A stretch of 49,096 nucleotides of DNA from Pseudomonadota bacterium (GCA_023436025.1 JAEZKX010000178.1:1-49096); one strand, 5' to 3'; counted from the stretch's first letter, positions 39,625-49,011 are shown. Numbers and translations are program-made. Notes: generated from the sequence alone by a model not told the origin.

Positions 39625-39790
39625 CAGCCGAACAGCCAAACAGCCAAACAGCCAACAGCCGGACGCAGAGGGCGCGAAGTTTACGCAGAGGACGCAAAAG
39701 GGAGGAAAGAGGAAAGAGGAAAGGGAAAGAAGAAGCGGAACAAGCATTTCCTGTCGTCTCTTTTTTGGCCCGGCTTTTCTCGCGACCCTC
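39625..39790 (+). repeat. Intergenic repeat element, copy A: CAGCCRRA-type octamer array + CGC-periodic arm + purine tract; right arm decayed
   Basis: cagccgaa cagccaaa cagccaaa cagccaa cagccgga, then cgc-N6-cgc-N8-cgc-N6-cgc-aaaag; same skeleton as 44443-44613. Confidence 0.8.
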
Positions 39791-39873
39791 TCGGGTTGCG
39801 GCGGTCCGTCTCTCAGGGGCAAGCGCAACAGGCCTACACGGCCGCCGTGGGGAACACTCCAGAATCGGCGGCC

Positions 39874-40332
39874 ATGATGACCATCTTCCAGGCGCTGATG
39901 GTGAGCCACGAGGCCCAGCGCGAACTATCTGCCCGGCTGCTTGCCAGCAAGCCCGCCACCGACGAACGAGCGCGGGTATTCGAGGAACTCAAGCGCGAGC
40001 TGACGGCGCACGAGACCGCCGAGGAACGCTGCTTCTACGTGCCCCTGTTCGAGCACGATGAATCGGTCGACCTCTCGCGCCACGCCATCGCCGAACACCA
40101 CGAGATGGACGAGATGGTGGAGCATCTGGAGAAGGTGGACCCGCACTCGGCCGAATGGCAGGAGTGCTGCCAGAAACTGTGCGACAAGATCGCGCACCAT
40201 CTCGACGAGGAGGAAGAAAAGTTCTTCCCCCAGGCGGGCGAGGTGCTGGGCGAAAAGCAGAAGGTGGAGCTGGCCAAGGCCTACGAGGCCGAATTCACCA
40301 CGCTGCGCATCAAGGAAGAAGCCGAGAGCTGA
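39874..40332 (+). CDS. Hemerythrin/HHE cation-binding domain protein
   Basis: SHEAQR, AHETAEERCFY, HAIAEHHEMDEMV, HHLDEEEEKFF. Confidence 0.9.
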   Translation: MMTIFQALMVSHEAQRELSARLLASKPATDERARVFEELKRELTAHETAEERCFYVPLFEHDESVDLSRHAIAEHHEMDEMVEHLEKVDPHSAEWQECCQKLCDKIAHHLDEEEEKFFPQAGEVLGEKQKVELAKAYEAEFTTLRIKEEAES

Positions 40333-40464
40333 TGCGCCGCACGGCGGCACGCCGCCCTGTGCTCTCCACGGATGGACCCAGCGGCCGTCGCGCCAGCGGC
40401 GGCGACTCCATGCCGCGCGTGCCCCTTAAGATCGGGCGCACCCAATTTGCATCAGGAGTACCCC

Positions 40465-40722
40465 ATGGCCGATCTCAATGCCGACTTCGAAGCCGCTGTC
40501 GCCAATTCCAAGAAACTGTCCGAGCGTCCCGACAACGCAACCCTGCTGAAGATCTACGGCCTGTACAAGCAGGCGACCGTCGGCGACGTCACCGATAAGA
40601 AACCCGGCTTCGGCGACATGGTCGGCCGCGCCAAATGGGACGCCTGGAACGCCCTCAAGGGAACCGACAGCGACGCCGCCAAGCAGCAGTACGTGGACCT
40701 GATCCGGTCGCTGCAGGACTGA
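40465..40722 (+). CDS. Acyl-CoA-binding protein (ACBP)
   Basis: LLKIYGLYKQATVGD, KPGFGDMVGRAKWDAW..LKG; AGGAG RBS before ATG 40465. Confidence 0.95.
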   Translation: MADLNADFEAAVANSKKLSERPDNATLLKIYGLYKQATVGDVTDKKPGFGDMVGRAKWDAWNALKGTDSDAAKQQYVDLIRSLQD

Positions 40723-40789
40723 TCCCGGGCAGGGTGGGCTCGCGCGGCGGGCGCACCCCGCGCGCGCCCAGGCCGGCGGCTTCCCGCCG

Positions 40790-41200
40790 CTAGGTCCGCT
40801 TCCTTCCGGGCGCCTTCGCCGGCGCCTTCTTGGCCGGGGCCGCGCGCGCCCTGGCCGGCTTCCTCGCCTCGTGCTGCGCCAGCCCCTGCTCGAAGGCGGC
40901 CTGCGGGTCGTCCTGCGCCAGCAGTTCGTCGAGGTTCTTGACGATCTCCGACTCGATCCGGCTGCGGAACATGCCAAGCAGCAGGCCCAGCTTCGCGCGC
41001 AGCTCGAACCGGTCCGGCGTGACTTCCAGCTTGCCGCGCGCGCCCGGCCGGTGGAAGATGACCACGTCGTGCGATGGGCCCTCTTCGTAGGTGCAGGCCA
41101 TCTCCAGCTTCTGCTCGGCCACCTCGGCCCAACGGAAAGCCAGCTTGCGCGCCTGGGCCAGGCCCAGCCCGTGCTCGCGGACGATGTGGATGTCAGCCAC
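40790..41200 (-). CDS. Polyhydroxyalkanoic acid system protein (PHA_gran_rgn family) with Ala/Lys/Pro tail
   Basis: MADIHIVREHGLGLAQAR..AKLGLLLGMFRSRIESEI; AAGGAGG RBS. Confidence 0.88.
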   Translation of the reverse strand: MADIHIVREHGLGLAQARKLAFRWAEVAEQKLEMACTYEEGPSHDVVIFHRPGARGKLEVTPDRFELRAKLGLLLGMFRSRIESEIVKNLDELLAQDDPQAAFEQGLAQHEARKPARARAAPAKKAPAKAPGRKRT

Positions 41201-42299
41201 GGTGTGCCTCCTTCAACCGTTGGTGCCGTTGTTCCTTGTTCGGCAGCCTGGACAGCTGCTTCACCGCATCATAGAACCGCGGCCAATCGTCGCCGAGCGC
41301 ATGGAACAAGGCTTCGAAGTCGGGCACCAGTTCGTCGTATGCCGCCTGCGCGCCGAAGAACGCGTTGTTGGCGTTCTCCACCCAGCGGTCGTAGCCGCGC
41401 AAGCGCGCCGGGTCGCCGCTCCAGGTGGAACGCAGCTGCGCATAGTCGGCGCGGAACTGCGCCATGATGCGCTGCTTGGCTTCTTCCTTCTGGGCCGGGT
41501 CGATGCCGGGCTGCTCGTACACCGCCTTCAGCCGCTCGCGCGTGGCCCGCGACAGCGCCCGGAACTGCGCGCGTCGCGCATCGAAGTCGGCGTACTCGCG
41601 CCGCGCGGCCTCCGAGGCCTGCTCGCGCAGCCAGCGCGCGCCTCCCAGGCGCTCCACCGCAACAGCGAACGACTCGTTGAAGGTCGTGTCGTTCTTGGCA
41701 TAGACCACCTGGTGCGCGAGTTCGTGGAACAGCAGCCGCGCCAGTTCTCCTTCGGGATAGCCGATGAAGGTGCTGAGCAAGGGATCGCCGCCTGCCCAGT
41801 TCATCAGGCCCAGCGTCGAATAGGCGGGCACCGGGTAGACATTGACCTCGTAGCCCTGCTCGGCCAGCTGCTTGGCCTCGGCGCGCGCCCGGGCCTCGTC
41901 GTAGTAACCGCGGTAGCCGACGCAACCGGTGACCGGGAAGCACCAGGTCTTGAGGTCCAGCGAATAGGCGGTGGCGGCCGTCACGTTCCACACCGCGGCG
42001 TTGCGCTTGAGGTCGGCATAGCGGCGGTAGCTGGGGTTGTCCGGCAGCTTCAGCTCGCGCACGGCAAAGTCGCGGATGCGCTGCGACAACGCCAGCTTCT
42101 CCCGCACGCGCTCGGGCGTGCCCTCCTCCACCAGCCATTCGCGCACGGGCTTGGCGGCGCTCATCAACTGGAGGTGCCCGGAGACCGACTGCCAGTAGTA
42201 GCCCAGGTTGGCGCAGCCTGACAGGCACACCGTGGCCGCCACCGCGATTGCCGCAACTGCCGGAAGTGCCATGCCGATGAATAGGAGCTTGCGCCTCAC
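41193..42299 (-). CDS. Predicted zinc aminopeptidase lipoprotein (DUF2265-like)
   Basis: LSGC lipobox, WCFPVTGCVGYRGYY, FHELAHQ..FNESFA (HExxH..E). GTG 42299 overlaps the upstream stop (GTGA). Confidence 0.88.
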   Translation of the reverse strand: MRRKLLFIGMALPAVAAIAVAATVCLSGCANLGYYWQSVSGHLQLMSAAKPVREWLVEEGTPERVREKLALSQRIRDFAVRELKLPDNPSYRRYADLKRNAAVWNVTAATAYSLDLKTWCFPVTGCVGYRGYYDEARARAEAKQLAEQGYEVNVYPVPAYSTLGLMNWAGGDPLLSTFIGYPEGELARLLFHELAHQVVYAKNDTTFNESFAVAVERLGGARWLREQASEAARREYADFDARRAQFRALSRATRERLKAVYEQPGIDPAQKEEAKQRIMAQFRADYAQLRSTWSGDPARLRGYDRWVENANNAFFGAQAAYDELVPDFEALFHALGDDWPRFYDAVKQLSRLPNKEQRHQRLKEAHRG

Positions 42300-44353
42300 G
42301 CCGGCCGGACGTCGACCAGGCAGTCGTAGAACACCGGCGCGCGGCCGATGTCGGTCAAGCGCTGGCTGGTGAGTTCGTTGACATTGGTGCCGTTGAGCCC
42401 GAGCTTGCGCCACCAGATGCCGAGCCCGTGGACCACGCCGGGCCGCGCGCGTTCGCTCACCTGCGCCCGGCAGACGTACTCGCCGCGGTCGTTGAACACG
42501 CGCACCACCGCGCCGTTGGCGATGCCCCGCGCAGCCGCATCCTCGGCGTGCAGTTCCAGCAGCGGCTCGCCTTCGATGTCGCGCAGGCTGCGAACGTTGA
42601 CGAAGGTGGAATTGAGGAAGTTGCGCGCCGGCGGCGAAATCATGGCCAGGGGATAGCGGGCGGAGCTGCCCGCCAGTTCGTAGTTCGGAAGGTAGTCGGG
42701 CAGGCCATCCTGCCCTTCGCGCGCGAGCCGTGCACTGAAGAACTCGCAGCGGCCGGACGCGGTCGGAAATCCGCCCTCGACGAAGGGCGCATCGGGGATG
42801 GGCAACGGGGCGAAGCCGCGCGCCAGCAATGCGTCGAAGTCGACGCGCTCGCCGAAGGCGGTGCGGCACAGGGTTTCGTCGCTGTCGGCGAAGCACGGCT
42901 CGGTGAAGCCGAAGCGGCGCGCCAGCTGGCGGAAGAATTCGGTGTTGGGCCGCGCCTCGCCCAGCGGCGCGATGGCCGGGCGGTTCAGCAGCACGTCGGT
43001 GTGCCCGTAGGAGGCATGCACGTCCCAGTGCTCCAGCTGCGTGGTGGCCGGCAGCAGGTAGTCGGCGTAGTCGGCGGTGTCGGTGCGGAACTGCTCCAGC
43101 ACCACGGTGAAGAGATCCTCGCGCGCGAAACCGCGCGCCACCTTGCCCGACTCCGGCGCCACGGCCACCGGGTTGCAGTTGTAGACCACCAGCGCCTCGA
43201 TGGCCGGGCCGAACTCCGGCTGCGCGGGCCGCAGCAGGTCGTCGCCGATGGTGATCATGTTGATGGTGCGCGGCATGCGGCCCGCCAGCAGGTCGGGCCG
43301 GTGCAATGCTGCCCGGTCGACCGGGAACTGGCCCGAGCTGGAGAGCAGCAGGCCCCCGGCGCGGTGGCGCCAGGCGCCGATGAGCGCGGGCAGGCAGGCG
43401 ATCGCGCGCACGGCGTTGCCGCCGCCGCGCACCCGCTGCATGCCGTAGTTGAGGCGGATGGCCGCGGGCCGGATGCTGCCGTAGTCATGCGCCAGCGCGC
43501 GGATCTGCGCCGCCGGAACGCCGCAGACCGCAGCGGCACGCTCCGGCGTCCAGCGCAGCGCCCGCTCGCGCAGGCCCTCCCAGCCGCTGGTGTGGCGCGC
43601 CAGGTAGTCGTGGTCGAGCCAGTCGTTGACCACCAGCTCGTGCATCAGCGCCAGCGCCAGGGCGGCGTCGGTGCCGGGCAACAGCTGCACGTGCACGTGG
43701 CACTTCTCGGCGGTCTCGCTGCGGCGCGGATCGATGCAGACCAGCCGCGCGCCCCTGCGCTTGGCCTCCTGGGCCAGGCGCCAGAAATGCAGGTTGCTGG
43801 CGATCGCGTTGCTGCCCCAGATGAGGATGAGCCCGGACTCGGCGAAGAATTCCACCTTCATGCCGACACGGCTGCCATACGTGTGGGCCAGGGCCTCGGC
43901 GCCGGCCGAGGAGCAGATGGTGCGATCGAGCTGCGAGGCACCGAGCTTGTTCCAGAAGCGCGCGGCCATGCCTTCGCCCTGGACCAGGCCCATGGTGCCG
44001 GCATAGCTGTAGGGGACGATGGCTTCGGGGTTGCGCGCGGCGATGGCCTGCAAGCGCAGCGCAATGTCGTCCAGCGCCTCGTCCCAGCCCACCGGCGCGA
44101 ACTGGCCGGCGCCCTTGGGGCCCACGCGCCTGAGCGGCTGCAGCAGCCGCTCGGGGTGGTGGGTGCGTTCGGCGTAATGGGAGACCTTGGTGCAAAGCAC
44201 GCCGGCCGTGGGCGGGTGCAGCGAGTTGCCCTGCACCCGCACGGCCCGTCCGTCCTGCACCGTGGTGACCAGCGCACAGGTATCCGGGCAGTCGTGCGGG
44301 CAAGCTCCGCGAACCTGCTGCGGCGCCTGGGCGGGGGCGGTCAGGACTTCCAT
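42296..44353 (-). CDS. Molybdopterin-dependent oxidoreductase (uncharacterised DMSO-reductase-superfamily clade)
   Basis: CPHDCPDTC..C Fe-S motif, WDEALD, ADYLLPATT, C-terminal DAAARGIANG..VFNDRG domain; no Tat signal. Confidence 0.93.
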   Translation of the reverse strand: MEVLTAPAQAPQQVRGACPHDCPDTCALVTTVQDGRAVRVQGNSLHPPTAGVLCTKVSHYAERTHHPERLLQPLRRVGPKGAGQFAPVGWDEALDDIALRLQAIAARNPEAIVPYSYAGTMGLVQGEGMAARFWNKLGASQLDRTICSSAGAEALAHTYGSRVGMKVEFFAESGLILIWGSNAIASNLHFWRLAQEAKRRGARLVCIDPRRSETAEKCHVHVQLLPGTDAALALALMHELVVNDWLDHDYLARHTSGWEGLRERALRWTPERAAAVCGVPAAQIRALAHDYGSIRPAAIRLNYGMQRVRGGGNAVRAIACLPALIGAWRHRAGGLLLSSSGQFPVDRAALHRPDLLAGRMPRTINMITIGDDLLRPAQPEFGPAIEALVVYNCNPVAVAPESGKVARGFAREDLFTVVLEQFRTDTADYADYLLPATTQLEHWDVHASYGHTDVLLNRPAIAPLGEARPNTEFFRQLARRFGFTEPCFADSDETLCRTAFGERVDFDALLARGFAPLPIPDAPFVEGGFPTASGRCEFFSARLAREGQDGLPDYLPNYELAGSSARYPLAMISPPARNFLNSTFVNVRSLRDIEGEPLLELHAEDAAARGIANGAVVRVFNDRGEYVCRAQVSERARPGVVHGLGIWWRKLGLNGTNVNELTSQRLTDIGRAPVFYDCLVDVRPA

Positions 44354-44442
44354 GCCTGCCAATGGTAGCTGTTGCGTGGACCGCCGAGGGGAAAGCTCGG
44401 CCAGCTCGGCCAGGTCGGCCGTGCAGGCATTCGAGGAACACA

Positions 44443-44613
44443 GACAGCCGGACGCAAAAGTCGCAAAGATGACGCGAAAGTCGCAAAAGTCAAAAAGTAA
44501 AAGGAGGAAATCCGTGTCTTCCTTCTCCTGTCTTCTTTCGCGACTTTTGCGAATCCGTTGCGACTTTTGCGTCCGGCTGTCCGGCTGTCAAGCTGTCCGG
44601 CTGTCCCGCTGTT
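44443..44613. repeat. Intergenic repeat element, copy B: 139-bp imperfect palindrome with perfect 24-bp terminal IR, plus flanking (NNNGCTGT) octamer array
   Basis: GACAGCCGGACGCAAAAGTCGCAA at 44443-44466 is the exact reverse complement of 44558-44581; octamers continue to about 44613. Confidence 0.93.
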
Positions 44614-44630
44614 TGGCGGCAGGGCGGGGA

Positions 44631-45800
44631 TCAGCCCACGGCCGGTGCCTGCGCCAGGCCGCGCATGAAGGCCTGGCAGCGGGCCAGTTGCTCCAGCGAC
44701 ACGTATTCGTCGGGCTGGTGGGCCTGCACGATGCTGCCGGGCCCGCACACCACGGTGGGGATGCCGGCCCGCTTGAACAGGCCGGCTTCGGTGCCGAACG
44801 CCACCTGCGTGGTGCGCGGCTCACCGGCCAGCCGCAGGGCCAGCCGGGTCACGGCGTCCTGCTCGGAGCCGAGGAAGCTCGGCACCTCGCAGATGGTTTC
44901 GAAGCCGAAGCCGGCATCGGGCGCCACCTCGCGCATCGCCGGCTCCAGGCTGCGGGCATAGGCCACGATCTCCTCCTGCATGGCGAGCGCGTCGGCGGTC
45001 GGCAGGTCGCGGAACTCGTAGCGGAACTCGGCGTCGCGCGGAACCACGTTGTCGGCGATGCCGCCGTGGAACTGGCCGACGCTGGCGGTGGAGAACGGCA
45101 CGTCGAAACCCGGATAGCGCAGCTCCTCCCGCTCGAAGCGCTCGGCCATGTCGCGCACGCGGCCGACCACGCGGGCGGCCATCTCGATGGCATTGACGGA
45201 ACGCGGCGTCAGCGACGAATGCGCCTCCTTGCCGCGCACGCAGCACTTGTAGCGGTACACGCCCTTGTGCGCGATGGCCGGCACCATGCTGGTGGGCTCA
45301 CCGACGATGCAGGCCAACGGCGCGATGCCGGCCTCGCGCAGGTCGGCGATCAGTTCGCGCACGCCGAAGCACCCGACCTCCTCGTCGTAGCTGAAGGCGA
45401 AGTGGATGGCGAAAGGTGCGGGGCTGGCCAGGAAAGCTTCCGCATGCGCGAGCGCGATGCCGATGAAGGCCTTCATGTCGGCCGAGCCGCGGCCGTAGAG
45501 GCGGCCATCCTTCACCACGGCCCCCAGTGGATCCACCGTCCAGGCCTGGCCTTCCCAGGGCACGGTGTCGGTGTGGCCGGAGAGGATCACGCCGGCGGGC
45601 TTGCCCTCGCCCAGCGTGGCGAACAGGTTGGCCTTGGTGCGCTCGGTGTTGTAGCTCAGCCGGCTCTTCACGCCCAGGCGTGCCAGTTCATCGCGGATGA
45701 AGTGGATGAGCGGGAGGTTGGAAGTGGCGCTCTCGGTGTCCAGCCTGACCAGCGCCTGCGCGAGTTCCAGCGCCCGCGGCGCCAGGGAGGTTGCATCCAT
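44631..45800 (-). CDS. argE: Acetylornithine deacetylase (M20A)
   Basis: LSGHTDTVP, YGRGSADMKAF, YDEEVGC, GEPT, AHQPDE. Start ATG 45800 (alternative 45809). Confidence 0.9.
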   Translation of the reverse strand: MDATSLAPRALELAQALVRLDTESATSNLPLIHFIRDELARLGVKSRLSYNTERTKANLFATLGEGKPAGVILSGHTDTVPWEGQAWTVDPLGAVVKDGRLYGRGSADMKAFIGIALAHAEAFLASPAPFAIHFAFSYDEEVGCFGVRELIADLREAGIAPLACIVGEPTSMVPAIAHKGVYRYKCCVRGKEAHSSLTPRSVNAIEMAARVVGRVRDMAERFEREELRYPGFDVPFSTASVGQFHGGIADNVVPRDAEFRYEFRDLPTADALAMQEEIVAYARSLEPAMREVAPDAGFGFETICEVPSFLGSEQDAVTRLALRLAGEPRTTQVAFGTEAGLFKRAGIPTVVCGPGSIVQAHQPDEYVSLEQLARCQAFMRGLAQAPAVG

Positions 45801-45883
45801 GCGGCCCATTGTGGCGGATTCCCCGGATAGGCACGCTCCTTGCGGCGGGCTAGACTGGCCCGTTCCAGCATTCCCAACCGATC

Positions 45884-47083
45884 ATGAAGCTCCTGGACTC
45901 CATCGTCACCGAGGCCGCGTCCATCGCCGCCGTCCGGCGCGACATCCACGCCCATCCCGAACTGTGCTTCGAAGAGGTCCGCACCGCCGACCTCGTCGCC
46001 GCCAAGCTGACCGAATGGGGCATCCCCATCCACCGTGGCCTGGGCAAGACCGGCGTGGTCGGCATCGTGAAGAACGGCAACTCGGCGCGCGCCCTGGGCC
46101 TGCGCGCCGACATGGACGCCCTGCCGATGCAGGAGTTCAACACCTTCGCGCACGCCAGCCGCCATGCCGGCAAGATGCACGCCTGCGGCCACGACGGCCA
46201 CACGGCCATGCTGCTGGCCGCGGCCAGGCACCTGGCGACCAACCGCAACTTCGATGGCAGCGTCTACCTGATCTTCCAGCCCGCCGAGGAAGGCGGCGGC
46301 GGCGCGCGCGAGATGATCCGCGACGGCCTGTTCGAGAAATTCCCCATGGAAGCCGTGTTCGGCATGCACAACTGGCCCGGCCCCCAGGTCGGCCGCTTCG
46401 CCGTCAGCCCCGGGCCGGTGATGGCCTCCACCGCGGAGTTCAAGATCGTCATCCGCGGCAAGGGCGCCCACGGCGCCATGCCGCACCTGGGCACCGACCC
46501 GGTGCCGGTGGCCTGCGAGATGGTGCAGGCCTTCCAGACCATCATCAGCCGCAACAAGAAGCCCATCGACGCCGGCGTGATCTCGGTGACCATGATCCAC
46601 GCCGGCGAGGCCACCAACGTCGTACCCGACAGCTGCGAGCTGCAGGGCACCGTGCGCACCTTCTCGGTGGAGGTGCAGGACCTCATCGCCCGCCGCATGC
46701 AGCAGATCGCCGAGCACCTGTGCGCCGCGCACGACTGCCAGTGCGAGTTCGAGTTCACGCGCAACTATCCGCCCACCATCAACTCCGCCGCCGAAGCCGA
46801 ATTCGCACGCAAGGTCATGGCCTCCATCGTCGGGCCCGACCAGGTCGACGTGCAGGAACCCACCATGGGCGCCGAGGACTTCGCCTTCATGCTGATGGAG
46901 AAGCCGGGCGCCTACTGCTTCATTGCCAACGGCGACGGCGGCCACCGCGAGATGGGCCACGGCGCCGGCCCCTGCATGCTGCACAACCCCAGCTACGACT
47001 TCAACGACGACCTCATCCCCCTGGGCGCGACCTACTGGGTGCGCCTGGCCGAGGAATGGCTGGCCCGGGACCGGGCGGCATGA
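45884..47083 (+). CDS. M20D aminoacylase / hippurate hydrolase-like amidohydrolase
   Basis: LRADMDALP, MHACGHDGHT, FQPAEEG, GAEDF, LHNP.YDFND. Confidence 0.95.
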   Translation: MKLLDSIVTEAASIAAVRRDIHAHPELCFEEVRTADLVAAKLTEWGIPIHRGLGKTGVVGIVKNGNSARALGLRADMDALPMQEFNTFAHASRHAGKMHACGHDGHTAMLLAAARHLATNRNFDGSVYLIFQPAEEGGGGAREMIRDGLFEKFPMEAVFGMHNWPGPQVGRFAVSPGPVMASTAEFKIVIRGKGAHGAMPHLGTDPVPVACEMVQAFQTIISRNKKPIDAGVISVTMIHAGEATNVVPDSCELQGTVRTFSVEVQDLIARRMQQIAEHLCAAHDCQCEFEFTRNYPPTINSAAEAEFARKVMASIVGPDQVDVQEPTMGAEDFAFMLMEKPGAYCFIANGDGGHREMGHGAGPCMLHNPSYDFNDDLIPLGATYWVRLAEEWLARDRAA

Positions 47084-48177
47084 GCGACGTGCACGGCGCG
47101 TTCTCCGCCAGCTACGCGCAAGCGCGCGAGAAGTTCCTCGCGGCCGCGGCCGCCGCCGGCCTGGCGGTGGAGGCGAAGACGCATCCCCTGCGCGGCCTCG
47201 ACGGCGAGGAACTGGCGATGGACGTCGCCCGCGACGGACCGCCGGATGCGTCGAAGCTGCTGGTGCTCAGCAGCGCCTGCCACGGCGCCGAAGGCTTCTG
47301 CGGCAGCGGCGTCCAGGTGGCGGCGCTGCGCGACGCGGCCTTCCGCGCGCGCGCCCACCGGCAAGGCGTTGCCCTGCTCTACATCCACGGGCTCAACCCC
47401 TACGGCTTCTCGCACATCCGGCGCACCACGCACGAGAACATCGACCTCAACCGCAACTTCCACGACTTCACGCGGCCGCTGCCGGTGAACGCCGCCTACC
47501 GCGAACTGCACCACCTCATCGTTCCGCGCGACTGGCCGCCGGAAGCGGAGAACGTCGAGGCCGTGCAGGCCTGGATTGCGCACCACGGCGAACGCGCCTT
47601 GCAGGTCGCCACGACCGGTGGCCAGCACGAGTTTGAAGACGGCCTGTTCTTCGGCGGCACCGGCCCGAGCTGGAGCAACCTGGCGGTGCGCGAGGTGCTG
47701 CGCGCGCACGGTCGCCGGGCCGGCCGCATCGCCTGGATCGACGTGCACACCGGACTGGGCCCCTCGGGCGTGGGCGAGCGCATCTACGCCGGGCGCGACG
47801 ACGCGGGGACGGTCGCCCGGGCGCGCCGCTGGTGGGACGGCGGCGGCCGCACGCCGGTCACCTCGATCTACGACGGGTCGTCGAGTTCGGCCTTCCTCAC
47901 CGGCATGCTGTTCAACGCGGCGTACGACGAGTGCCCGCAGGCCGAGTACACCGGCATCGCGCTGGAATACGGCACGGTGCCGGTGCTCGAAGCCATGCAG
48001 GCCCTGCGGGCCGAACAGTGGCTGCACCGGCATCCCGATGCGCCGGCGCAGCAGGCCCAAACCATCCGGCGACTGGTGCGCGCCGCTTTCTACACCGACA
48101 CCGACGCCTGGCGCGAACAGGTCGTCGCCCAGGCGATGGAGGCTTTGGACCAGGCGGTGGCAGGGCTGTCCGCCTGA
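47080..48177 (+). CDS. M14-like zinc carboxypeptidase/deacylase (DUF2817-like)
   Basis: SACHGAEG (HxxE), NPYG, DLNRNF, DVHTG; ATGA coupling at 47080. Confidence 0.88.
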   Translation: MSDVHGAFSASYAQAREKFLAAAAAAGLAVEAKTHPLRGLDGEELAMDVARDGPPDASKLLVLSSACHGAEGFCGSGVQVAALRDAAFRARAHRQGVALLYIHGLNPYGFSHIRRTTHENIDLNRNFHDFTRPLPVNAAYRELHHLIVPRDWPPEAENVEAVQAWIAHHGERALQVATTGGQHEFEDGLFFGGTGPSWSNLAVREVLRAHGRRAGRIAWIDVHTGLGPSGVGERIYAGRDDAGTVARARRWWDGGGRTPVTSIYDGSSSSAFLTGMLFNAAYDECPQAEYTGIALEYGTVPVLEAMQALRAEQWLHRHPDAPAQQAQTIRRLVRAAFYTDTDAWREQVVAQAMEALDQAVAGLSA

Positions 48178-48188
48178 GCCCGGCGGCG

Positions 48189-48209
48189 CGGGCGGCAAGC
48201 TGCCGCCCG
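48189..48209. terminator. GC-rich hairpin between convergent genes
   Basis: CGGGCGGCA-AGC-TGCCGCCCG, 9-bp stem, no U-tract. Confidence 0.4.
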
Positions 48210-48217
48210 GGCGGCGC

Positions 48218-48994
48218 TCACCCCTGCGCCGTGCGTGCCTGCGCGATCACCAGCAGCCCGTCGAAAATCAGGCTGTCCACCAGCTCGAAGGGCGTGACCA
48301 TGCTGGGATGCATCTTCCAGCCCGCGCCACCCGTCATGTAGCACGCCGGCGCGACGCCGCCGCTGTATCCGCGCACGTGCTGAACCATGCGTTCGATGGC
48401 GCCGGCGATGGCATAGGTGCCGCCGCTGGTGAGCGCATCGCTGGTGTTGGTGGGAAAGGCCTTCACCTCGCCGGTGGGCACGTGCAGGCCGGCCGTGCCG
48501 CTTTCGAGGGCTCGCAGCATGATGCCGTGCCCGGGCAGGATCAGGCCGCCGAGGAAGCGCCCCGCCGCGTCGACTGCCTCCACCGTCACCGCGGTGCCCA
48601 CCATCACCACCACCATGGGGCGGGGCGCGCCGCTTTGCAGCATGCGGTGGCGCGCACCGATCATCGCCACCCAGCGGTCGGCGCCGAGGCGCGTGGGATG
48701 GTCGTAGCCGTTGGTCATGCCGGCTTCGGCGGCGCTCGCGACCACCCAGCTGGCCGGCACGTCCCAGAGCTCCTCCATCTGCTCCTCGACACGGCGTTTC
48801 ACCGCGTCGGCCGCCACGCAGCAGCCCAGCATGCGCGCCGGCGCCGCGAGCGTGCTCCAGGGGCCGTCGGCCAGCTTGTCGATGTTCTCGAGGAATTCGG
48901 CGCCGCCCGCCAGGACGGGTTCGCCAGGTGCGGCGCGCTCGTACAGCGCCCATTTCAGGCGCGTGTTGCCGATGTCGATGGCCAGGAAGGTCAT
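48218..48994 (-). CDS. coaX: Type III pantothenate kinase
   Basis: [34 protein letters not shown]. Confidence 0.95.
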   Translation of the reverse strand: MTFLAIDIGNTRLKWALYERAAPGEPVLAGGAEFLENIDKLADGPWSTLAAPARMLGCCVAADAVKRRVEEQMEELWDVPASWVVASAAEAGMTNGYDHPTRLGADRWVAMIGARHRMLQSGAPRPMVVVMVGTAVTVEAVDAAGRFLGGLILPGHGIMLRALESGTAGLHVPTGEVKAFPTNTSDALTSGGTYAIAGAIERMVQHVRGYSGGVAPACYMTGGAGWKMHPSMVTPFELVDSLIFDGLLVIAQARTAQG

Positions 48995-49011
48995 GCGGGA
49001 CGCGGGGCGGC

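Noticed and set aside
39625..39700. Possible CRISPR-like array in the intergenic repeats
   Set aside because: Units are 8-11 nt with no unique ~30-nt spacers, and no cas genes are present.
38794..40332. 512-aa ORF appearing to fuse across the repeat into hemerythrin
   Set aside because: Upstream part is an off-frame read-through of the TPR gene and repeat; the hemerythrin domain starts at 39874.
44395..44421. GCTCGGCCA x3 degenerate 9-mer
   Set aside because: Short and GC-rich; may be debris beside the hairpin element, with no independent support.
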